A stretch of DNA of 64,000 nt, taken from NCBI RefSeq assembly GCF_000143415.4, contig NW_003314326.1:687827-751826 (forward strand), given 5' to 3'. Of this stretch, positions 27,201 through 37,492 are shown piece after piece. The notes under the pieces are model-generated. The model saw only the letters and a program-made list of their open reading frames with translations, was not told where the DNA came from and made no database searches. A program made the position numbers and the translations under genes. The stretch comes from Selaginella moellendorffii (taxonomy: Eukaryota > Plantae > Lycopodiophyta). Position 1 is the stretch's first letter. The number at the start of each line of letters is the position of its first letter.

Positions 27201-27879
27201 CAACTTTGCCTTTACAACTGTGGAATTAGAAAAAGTGGCCTATTGCATTTGGCAAATTTTTGCTGAACCTCTTTTGAATGGATCAACACTAGGGACTAAT
27301 TTGAACAGGGCGTGAAGATCAATTGCCCTATGGAATCAATACAAAGGTCAAATTGTCTAACATATGATAATCTATTCTAGATCAATTTGTTTGTGGAAAG
27401 ATGTTAAGTAGTTTTTCAAACTTGTGATAGCTAATTTAAGCTCTATTTCGTTAAAGTGGGAATTTTTATTATCCCACTTGTAAAATAAGGTTTCCAAACC
27501 TTTATATAGTATATAAATATAACAAAATTCAACTGCATTGAGGCACATGCCATTTTATTTTAAACAAGGAAATGTCTACTCAATCACTTCTCCTCCCCCT
27601 GCCACTGCTTTACCTCTCTCTTCTCCTTGTCATCGTCGTTCAATTTCTTTCCATCCTTTTAATATTGGCTCAGTTGCTCTGAGTCTAGGTGGAGCCCAAG
27701 TCCCCATTCAATCTTTACTTTCCCCTTATTAAGAAAACAACTTCGTAGACTTCCAATAACATGCTGTAACACTTCTAGTATAATGCAAATCCTCTCAAAG
27801 AATTGTCTTTTAATATTAATACAATGGCATGGAACCCCATGCCATAATAAGTTACATTTTTAAATAAATACATACCATC

Positions 27880-29195
27880 TCAGACTGTTATTTTTTGCCT
27901 CCAACGCCTATACAATAATCTTGGAATTTCATCACTCTCCACACTATCAGGATCTAAACCCAATAGTAATGCCATCTCTTTTCTAATACGTCCACGCTCA
28001 TGTTCAGTGGTCGAAGAACCCATCCAGTTGAGTAGATTATGGAGATGCGGATAGTGCTTGGCTAGAGCTTCCGTGTTCGTGCCAATGTCTCGTGCAGACC
28101 CGATTTGTAGCACGTTTCTTGCTTGATATTCTGCGCGTGGGAGATGTATATGATAGATCGGAGGGGCGAGTTGCCTTTTATCAGACGGACAACTCTTGTC
28201 TTGAAGACTTTCTTCACCTCCTCGCCCACCATAATATCCACAACTATCTCTTGCATCGCCAAGCTAGAATGCTGCCTGGAGACGGCATAGAACCGGATGT
28301 TCTGATCGTCCAACACCTTCCTATTGATCAAGTCTGGAAACCTTGTCTCGCCCTTCATTGTTCGGTAGTAGGGGATCACGTCTGCGATGTCGGGTGTTAC
28401 TGGACTTGCCAGCATCTTCTGCTTCAGTTTCTCCACCCACTCATCAGATACTAGCCTGTGGTTGTATTTGCTTTGGATGTCGATACGGCTCACGTCGATT
28501 GTATATACTTTGTTGGAATAGTAACAAGTACTATTATCTGCGACGATTTTTGCTGCCTCTTCTTGCTCTTTGTGCTCTTTGCGGCTCTTCTTTTTGGTGG
28601 GTGTAGTGTTCGAACCCGAGGCAATGGCATCACCGAGTAGCTTCTTTTTTGGAGTAGGAGAGTCGGACGTCGGCTTGAGCTTGACCACCCTTTTCTGCTT
28701 CGGGGTAGTTTCCAGATCGACCCCCTTTCCCTTCGCTTCGCGAACTGGAGGCACTCTCAACGGCTCAATGTTGGAATATAGTTTTTGAACATCGCCGTAG
28801 GTGAGGTCCGTGGATTCCATGTGATCTTCATAGACCCGCAACGTCTTTGAAATTGTGGGCCTCCTGGACAACCTCTCCCTAGCTCCCTCTAGGAATTCCT
28901 CATAGCCGCTGCCCCCCTCCGGGAAGCCGCTAGGATGTGCAAGGTGGATCTTGAAGGCGGACGCTGTCTCTACCACAAGTGCCAGTCCATATTCTTGCAT
29001 GGAACTGCATGGAGTGTCTGTCACTTGGATGAGGATCCCCATGCATTCTTTTCTCCCACCATCTGTGTTGTACAGCCTCAGATCCTCGCCTTCCATCCCG
29101 AAAGTCCAACTGGTGAGCTCCTCCCCCTTCTCTGCATCCACATTGACAGTGGCTGGAAGAACGCAATTCCTCGCCTGTTCAGAAATGCACAACAA
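27880..29195 (-). CDS. Transposon accessory protein with a putative ParB/Srx-like domain; 3' end broken or frameshifted
   Basis: 377-aa ORF inside the TIRs, divergent from the transposase; YTIDVSRIDI..NHRLVSDEWVEKLKQKM...RFYAVS(R<G)QHSSLAMQEI resembles a ParB/Srx core; basic K-rich linker. Confidence 0.55.
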
Positions 29196-29619
29196 TTAGA
29201 GCTGACAGATGAAAAGCTAGCAGCTGGAAATAACGTGAGGCCACATGCCATTCACCACTGCATCAGATGTCTTGAGGCTGCATCCTAAGATGGCGTGAGG
29301 CTACACGCCATCTGTAACCGGACTGCACTCGAGAGCCCAATCGGTGCATGCCAATGTTGCTACTGAATGGCATGTGGCCTCATGCCATTTTCTACTTGGC
29401 CTAAAAGACTTACCATTTGAAGCCGAATGGAGGCGTGACAATCGAGGCCGGACTCGCTGGCGAATGTGCACTGTGTGTGCAATGGATCGTAGCAGCAAGG
29501 CTACTCTGCCACTTACAGTTGGAGAGTGGCGCTGAAATCTCCCGGGACGCCAAGTGGGCTGCGTGTGGGTGGCGGAGTGGGCGGCGGAGTTGGCGGCGAA
29601 GTTACAAACTGGGTGTGTC

Positions 29620-29862
29620 TTGAAGTGGACGCCGATGCACACGAGCGCGATGCGAGCACGATGCGAGCACGAGTGTGATGCAAGCGCGAGTGGACGCCGA
29701 TGCACACGAGAAACCTGTAGAGAAGGTAGATGAGCGCGAATGTGAGTGTGATCGCGAGTGGGAACGCGATGCAAGCGCGAGTGTGCGAGCGCGATGCGAG
29801 CACGAGTGTGCGAGCGCGAGTGTGCGAGCGCGATGCGAGCGCGAGTGTGCCAGCGCGAGTAC
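29620..29862. repeat. CpG-rich low-complexity tandem repeat (GCGAGTGT/GCGAGCGCGAT) in the divergent promoter region of the Sola1 element
   Basis: Directly visible; related gcgagcggc units at ~30320-30425. Confidence 0.85.
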
Positions 29863-30615
29863 GAAGCAAAATGCAAAACCTAACCTCACACGCGCGAAAT
29901 GTCACGACGGTTGGTAATCCCGCAACGTCATCATTCCTCGGACTTGGGCGCCACCATTAATTTCTAGATCACCGCGCGCATGCCGAACAGTTACACGGCG
30001 AATAATCTTGGCGCAAATTGCTGACATGGCATGGCAAAGTTCGAATCACTGACATGGCACAGCTGGATCGAGGCAAGGACATGATGTGACAAAGTTCAAC
30101 CTCCGACAGCAAAGTCTAGAAGCTACTCAGTTTGAAATTTGTCAGAGGAATCATAAGATCTGGTTTGTCAGAGGATTTGATGTGACGTTCAAGCGTGTGT
30201 TATTTTTGAATTCTCGAACTCATTCCTAGGTCTATCATTTTTGTGCGCCGTGTTCTTGGTTCCGCTGAGCGTAGTGAGCGCTGCTTGTGTAAGCGGCGTT
30301 GTGAGCTGTGGTTTATGCGTCTACGAGCGGTTGCGGCATTGTGAGCGCCATTGCGAGCGGCAGTTTATGCGAGTGGCAGTTTGTGCGAGCGGCACTACGA
30401 GCAGTTGCGGTGTTGCGAGCGGCACTATCTTTGGTGTGGCTACCGCTTCCTCTTGATATTTGGCACTTGTTCTTCTTGGTATGTTCACCATGGAATGGCT
30501 TAGTACCACATTTAGAAATGGCATGAGGCCACATGCCATCTTGGGCCCTTGCAATTTCATGGCTAGCGTATTGTCATGTATGTTTTTACTTGCCTGCAGC
30601 TGTGTGTATATCAAG

Positions 30616-30807
30616 ATGGCATGAGGCCTCATGCCATCTTTGGCCCTTGCTAGCCTATTGCCATATTCCTTTTGCCTTGCTGCAACTGTATATATTTTTG
30701 TATGGGTGACTAGTCACGCACACAAAAATATATACAGTTGCAGCAAAGCAAAAAGAATATAGCAACAGGCTAGCAGGGGCCAAAGATAGTGTGAGGCCTC
30801 ATGCCAT
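30616..30807. repeat. 192-bp loop-less fold-back (96-bp arms) upstream of the transposase
   Basis: Arms 30616-30711 and 30712-30807 are near-perfect reverse complements centred on gtgactagtcac. Confidence 0.9.
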
Positions 30808-30995
30808 TAGTGGTACCACTAATGGCATGAGGGCTTATGCCAATTTTGTGAATGCGAAATTTCACGTGGGTGTCAATAGCATGTTTGAATAATGGCATGT
30901 AGCCTCATGCTATTGAGGTTGTTTGGTATGTTATGATTTAGGCCATTCTCTAATCATTTTTTGTATGGTCTTAACTTCTTTTCTGCACTTTTAGA

Positions 30996-33891
30996 ATGGC
31001 CTCCGCAAGTGCGACGCATGTTCCCTCCGTGGATCTTAAGAACCGTGCTACATGGATTCAGGCAAAGGTGTTTCTAAACAACCTCGAGGGGGAGGTGGTA
31101 GCTGAGGGCTTAGCCACAGTTGTCGATCCAAGAGATGTAGTTGCTAATCAAGAATTGGGCTGGGATGATATTGGAGTTGCAATTTTAGAGGTTGTTGACA
31201 CAAAAGAAAACAGTCTGACTATTGGAAGCATTGTGCGGTGGAAATTGAGGCACTTAGTGTTTGAGAATGTGAAGGATTCACAATCAAACACCACTACAAC
31301 TGATGACAGAACATCTCTTCATGGGAAAAGAAAGTACACCTTCCTAAAGTGTAGCCAAAGGGATCTGAGCAACGAACCGAAAAGGCAGAAAATGGTGATG
31401 GAGGTTCGAATGGTCTCGACAGTTGCTTGTTGCAAAAGGAAGTGCTGTCAACATGCTGATTGGGATGCTATTGAAGAGGAGAGAGCAAGATACAAGACAT
31501 TGTCCTGGAAGGCAGCTTGCAATTTTGTGTATGAGGCATTACGGTCATCTGTTGATGCTTCAGAACATCAGGTGGGGGGCATGGTCTTCCAGAGGGGTTT
31601 GGTTTGCATGAAGGCATGGAGAATCATTTATGGAGTCCCTCGAACCACATTCTACAGAATCAAAACTGAGTTCAAGGAACAAAGGGTTCAACAGGCAGTC
31701 CATGGGAACAACGATACGCACAAAACTAGGGGTCATGTTATATATGGAGAGGCAATCTTCAAGAGGTGTGTCGAGACGTGTAGCGAGCAGCAACCACATA
31801 AAACCCGCCTCTTGGAAGATGGAACACGAGACACCCAATGAGTTCTCCCTTCCATGTATACCAAGGGGGCCATATTGGAAGATGTGAATCGGGAACTCTA
31901 GAGTAATGGCTACAGGAAGCTGAGCCAATCTAGATTTAGTAGATTGTGGAGCAACAGGTTCAGGGATGTGAGTATAGGAAAGTACTCCAGCTTTTCAAAG
32001 TGTGACGAGTGCACTGCTATCAAAATGGCTTTGTCGAAGAATTCTTGCATCGCTCAAGAGCGAGAGACGTTGGTTAGAAGGCGGCTCGACCACAACATCG
32101 AGCAGAGAAGCTGCAGAACTGCATATTATCATAACAAGATTCTCTCCATGGAGAGACCTGACTCTTACCTCTGCATCATCCACGACAAAATGGACCAGAA
32201 AAAGACGTGCTTACCTCGACTCAATCCTGCCCCCAAGGCAATCTCTTCATCCATGCAGCTACCTGTGTCTCTGTTTGGCATAATCGCTCATGGGCATGGT
32301 GCCCAGAACTATGGGAACTTTTTTGTACCTCTATGGGGTGGCAGGGGTGCAAACATGATGATTGCGTCCCTAGCAAAACACTTAAGGTCTCTGCAAAGTG
32401 CGCAGACTGAGCTAAACGGCCAACCTTTGCATAAGGTCCTTGTCGATCGAACCCCATACAGGGTTCAGCTGGAGGAGGAGCAAAGGCTTGCAGTATTGTG
32501 TGGGGCCCCATACCATCCCAGTGAATATGTTGGCCGTCAGATTGTAGGGTTATCACGTGAGGCCTCATGCCATTCCGACGAGGCTGGTCGCCCGGTGAAT
32601 GCACAGCCTCATCCAAACGAAGCAGAATCTCAAGGAAGTTCTTGCGGCCGATGTGGCCTTCCACCCCATCTTCTGCTCCAAACAGACAATGCTGGCAGTG
32701 AGAACAAAAACATGTACGTCTTCGCGTACTTGGCGATGCTTGTTGCCAAAGGCATATTTGAAACGGTTACACTTGGCTTTCTCATGGTTGGGCACACTCA
32801 TGAAGACGTCGATGCCATGTTCAGTCACCTGGCAGAGTCCCTCCGGCGATCCAATGTCCTCACCCTCCCACAACTCTACGATGAATTCCAAAATTGCATC
32901 AAAGGCACTGTTGAAGCTGCACTTATGACAAAGGTTCCAGACTTTAAGGGGTTTGTAAGAGGCTACATCAGGGACGGATCCGAAATGCTGATTGGCCACT
33001 CCAAGCCTCTTCAGCTTCATTTCAGCATGCGTGACGGTGCTCCAGTGATGAGGTACAAGATGAGAGAATGGGACACAGTGTGGCTGCCAGTGGACGGCAT
33101 TGAACTCTTCAAGAGAAATCCCATAACTGGGGAACCTATGATTCCTCAGGGTTCCCCACGGCCGATGCACCCGGATGGACTCAAAGACCAGGAAAGTATA
33201 GTGGCCGGGATTAGACAGCATATTGCCTTCTGGAAGAGGGGGTTGGTGTTTGGTGGAGAATCCTATTTTCAGAGGTGCAAGCCTTTGCTCGAATACTGGG
33301 AGAAGATTATATCTGCTATCCAAAATGGGCCGGTTGTATATGAAGAATTGGAAGAGTCCTTTTGGCCAGAACCCAGAGCACCAGATAGTAGCGGAACAAT
33401 GTCCTCTGGAAATGCAGTGACAGATAACGATGTTGAGGATCACTATTGTGGGCCGAGGAACAAGAAGCCGGATTCAGCATTCAATCCAGTACAGGTCTGC
33501 AAAGGAATGGTCGTGCTTGTCAGACCCAGTAATAAAAAACAAATGATATGGGTGGGGCGCTGCATCACTGATGCAGAGGAGGACGCAGAAACTAACTCCT
33601 TCAATGTAACTGTGGAATGGTTCAAGCCAAGTTCCGGATATACGAAGGATTGCCTAGAAAAGAGATGGGTGCTGAATCCAAGGGATCCCAGCATGAGCAT
33701 ATCGGTGGATAATGTTGTGCATGGTTGGATGCGGAAGCAGAGTGCCACCATCACCTTGCCAGACCATGCAAGAGATGCAGCAAGAGCATTCATAACCCGG
33801 GTTCAAGGTGAGATTCATTAATATTCCTTTACTAAGTTTCTAATGTATTTTATTTCAAGGTGAACAATCCGAATCTGAATCAGAGGCGTGA
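30996..33891 (+). pseudogene. Sola1-like transposase (~940 codons) with two premature stops
   Basis: ORFs 30996-31841 and 31944-33821 are in the same frame, broken only by a TGA and a TAG (consistent with CGA/CAG C>T). Motifs FSKCDEC..H, IIHDKMDQ, LQTDNAGSENKN and FLMVGHTHEDVDAMFS. A probable terminal 52-nt intron at 33808-33859 gives ...QGEQSESESEA*. Confidence 0.88.
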
Positions 33892-34419
33892 TGGCATGTG
33901 GCCTTACGGTGAGATGATACAAATAACAAGTATAAATTCTTAGTTGTTCTAGCAAATCTTACTTAAAGTTCAAGGTGAACAAGCTGAATATGAATTCATC
34001 GGATTGTTATAACAAATTGTGAGGTGATGGCATGAGGCGATACGCCATTTGAGAGTGGTAGCCATTCCTATATGAGGTGAGTGAAATATTTATTAGAAAT
34101 ACTTCATTCAATTGTGCACTTCTAAGTCTTGGTCCACTCAGTACTGTTTGCATGTTTCTATTTTAATTCTTTCTCTAAAATGTTATTTAGCATGTGGCTT
34201 CATGCCATTGCTCCCCACAATCATGCATTGAATTTTTCTATCCTTGCATAATACTTCTCCATATATATAGCATGTGCGCACATGTGATATGGTTCATTAG
34301 GCCTGATATAGTGTGTGAGGTAAAATAAAGATGATGTGACATATGCATTTACCAATCATACGTGCATAAATCTAATAATATGGCGTGTGGCCCATATTAA
34401 TGGCACATAAACCCATATT

Positions 34420-34779
34420 GTGGGCTTACGTGCTTTATGTACCATCATTCCCTTGCAGCGTGTGTGTTGGTTTCCTTTTATAACACAACGAACTCCATAT
34501 TTTAGGGTGAAGAGCGTTCTCATGGCAAGCACAAAATCTGTAAGTGAGGCAGAAAAGGAGACGGAGAAGGAGATAGGTGAAGATGTAAAATATATAAGTC
34601 TTCCAAACTCCCCGTACTATACTCCAGGTGATCATTTTTCTGAACAAACGGCAACATTAACAACTATTGAGAACGCCCCAGTAACGTCAGAGACAACAAT
34701 CCAAAGCAAAACAACTGACCCGGAGAAGGATGATAGTACCGCTGAGAGTACCAAAAAGGAGGTGTCCACTAGCGCTTAG
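34420..34779 (+). other. Short acidic/Thr-rich ORF inside the Sola1 element, possibly an exon of a third gene
   Basis: 119-aa ORF with a coding-like 3' half (ASTKSVSEAEKETEKEIGE...); no recognisable domain. Confidence 0.3.
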
Positions 34780-37242
34780 GCTTATAATGGTGTGTGCCCT
34801 CATGCCATTTACTTGATCACCAAATACTTTTTTCCCTTTGCACTAGTATATCTTAATACCGGTCTGAGAAATAGAATGGCATGTGCCCTCAGGCCTTTTA
34901 CTAAATCACCTTTGAAAGAAATGCAAGCCTCTATGTCGTAAAAAAAAGGTACTAGAGAAATTCCTTAATAATATGAATGTTATTTAGTTTCATGAAAATA
35001 CACTAAGGGTCAAATGAGTTAAATGACTTCTCCAGACTAGCAATGCCTCTTGCTACACCTTCACAATTAGATTCGTTAAAAAAAGATAACATTGAATAAT
35101 ATCTAAATGTTCTCACCATTAAGTTATATGTCTGGCTAATAGGAATGACGTTCATCTTGGAAAGCTCACCACACGCTCAATGAACAAACAAATAGTGTGT
35201 GCGTGCATGCCATCGCTCTTCTTTAGCTTCAAATTCAGCTTGTTCACCTTGACAATGAGATTTATTATACAACCAGATGGACTCAGTCTGGACACAAACT
35301 CACCGCACTAGTCACCATGCCCCAGATATGTCTAGCCCCTGGACAAAAAACATATAATTTCACGTCATTTTCAAATACTTGAAAATTTGTACCTAGTCCC
35401 ATTTTACTGAATAAATCCCACTTTAACGAAATAGAGCTTATTTGTGGAAGACTTTATTTTAAATCTAGACAAGAATTGTTTTTTCAAGGCAAATTTCTCT
35501 TTAGCCTCTTTGCCAACTGGTAATAATAGTCAATATAAGTCTTTGCTCAAACTTGTATGATAGATTATTAAGCTTTGCAATGTATTTCAGAATTTCTAGG
35601 AGTGTCTAAAGCTATTTCACCTTTTTAGATATCACTCTTTTTCTTAATATTTCTAAAGAAGTAACAAATAGTGTCTTTGCTTTTTCTAGTTCTTTAGAGA
35701 TTAAAGTGACAGTACCAGTGTTTTTAAGACTATCACTTATGCCTAGCAGCAAGCTTTACAGCTCTTTATTCAGCGTTTACAGCGTGAAGCCTCTCAACTG
35801 CTTCATCTGGCAAATACTTGATTAGCACATGAGATGCTCTATGTGTTCCAAACATAAATATAAATTGAGTTACAACTCTTACTAAAGTAGTTATATAATT
35901 TTACTTACGTGGAAAACATTTACTAGGTGAAAATTCTCTCATGTAAGGAGGTACGTACACCTTGTGGATCACATATCACAAAGGGTGGTTCACACCTTGC
36001 AAAGGGTGGTTCATGCTTAGAGTGGTGAGTATTTCCTTTGCCAGCAATTGAGCATCACTGGTCTAAAGAGCAGACTTTCATGCCTATTCACTTGTATATT
36101 TATTCTTTATTTATGCCTCACTTTAGGGGATATGAGGCGCATTTCACATGATTGCCCTTGATTCCTCCCTATGGGGCTAGATGTGATGTGAATACTCTGA
36201 AAATTTATAAGAGAGTGAAAACTTTCACACTAAGCAATGCTTGTAATCTTAGATATTTGACTAATCTCTTTGACAAGAAATGAGCATTGACTAATTCATC
36301 TAGGTGTACTAAGTGAAAAACGGTTTGAATGGTTAGAGCAGTTCGTGATAACTGTTTCTGAATTTTTGACTTATGAGTCTTGCTTAAGTCTCATAGGCTT
36401 TTGCAATATGTGTAGGAGACTTAAAATCAGGACAAGTCTACTTTCAAACCATGTCTGAGTATTTGTCTAAGCTAAAAGACCTTGGATTAAAGCCTTAAGA
36501 CATCACAATGTTTTAATTGTGATTTTGCCTCTATCAAAGCTTCATAATATTTAGGTGATTAATTCCCTAATTTGTTTTTTGCTAAGGCGGACTCTAGCTC
36601 TCTTTAACCTGGAGACGAAAGTGCCTAATTTTCCTACTTGTGTATGCCTAAAAAAATTGTGACATGCTGCTAAAAAATGTATTCTCTAAAATCCCAAATG
36701 AGAACTTGCTCAAAAGGAAAGCATTCTAAAATAGTCAATTGTGTTTTCCACATCAAATAAACACCATTCCTTCTTCTTTTGGATTTTTTTCAAGAAATTG
36801 CTGGCAAAACAATTTAAATTTGAGTTTCTTGGCAATGTATGCCAAACTAGACAGCTTTCAAAGGAAAACAAAGCTTAACACACAATGCCAACCCAAGCTA
36901 TGTCTTTCCAAGCTCTAACTTGTGCCAATTTTAAATTCGTCTTATGCTCTATGACTTAGGTGACGGTTGAAAGATTGTCTTTCTTGTGTTGTCTGGGCAC
37001 TGAGCCATTGCAATTGGAAAAAGAAAGAGCTCATTTATTCAGTGTTGTCTAAGATCAAAGCCTCTGCAATCACTGACAAAATCTACTTGTAATTTTTAGT
37101 GTTAAGAACATTTAGAACATATAAATGATTTTCTTTTGGCTGTTTTTCAAGCCAAAGAGTGATGGCTTATCCCACTGTAGTCCCCAAAAGTGAGTAAGGG
37201 CTTTTTCTACCTGTACTCGTGTTCTTGCCCCTGCCTACAATG

Positions 37243-37492
37243 ACTTCGGACTCAACCTCGGACTCGGTCTTGGACCCGATCTCGGATCTCAGACTCTGTC
37301 TCGAACTCGGTCTTGAACTCGGTCTCCGAATCGGCCTGGGGCTCGATTCCAGACTCTATCTCGAACTCAGTCTCAGAGTCGGTCTTGGACTCAATCTCAG
37401 ACTCGGTCTTATCCGATGAACTCTTTGTCATTTCGGTCATGCTTTTCGGGGATCCTTTAGCCTGCGACACCTTGGGGAGTTGGTTCCTTACA
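37243..37492 (-). mobile_element. 5' fragment of a family A LTR
   Basis: Matches 9770-10024 and ends ggttccttaca. Confidence 0.8.

Larger units (their letters stand above)
27438..35439 (+). mobile_element. Sola1-type DDD/E DNA transposon, ~8.0 kb
   Basis: Perfect 24-bp TIR aagctctatttcgttaaagtggga (27438-27461; reverse complement at 35416-35439); 4-bp TSD ATTT (AWWT, typical of Sola1); internal transposase. Confidence 0.9.
5100..37200 (-). mobile_element. Old, heavily decayed AT-rich Ty3/Gypsy (non-chromovirus-like) remnant hosting nested insertions; pieces at ~5100-5970, 7121-7626, 17287-18118, 25290-27437 and 35440-~37200
   Basis: Integrase motifs (YYP*GNGQVGSINKVL...ALWVYRIAYK; FHKWGLDFV) and RT motifs (KLRVYVNYKKLN...FPIPFTNKVLD...YSFLNGFSSYNQM) continue across the insertion points. 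Outer boundaries are approximate. Confidence 0.7.

Noticed and set aside
29301-29960. Overlapping ORFs with RARIALAH/ECASAS repeats
   Set aside because: By-product of the CpG-rich tandem repeat
32565-33443. 292-aa antisense ORF within the transposase
   Set aside because: Shadow ORF opposite a coding strand, with no recognisable motif
27824-35213. CRISPR-like array interpretation of the 22-bp palindromes
   Set aside because: Spacing is irregular (tens to thousands of bp), the context is eukaryotic, and there are no cas genes
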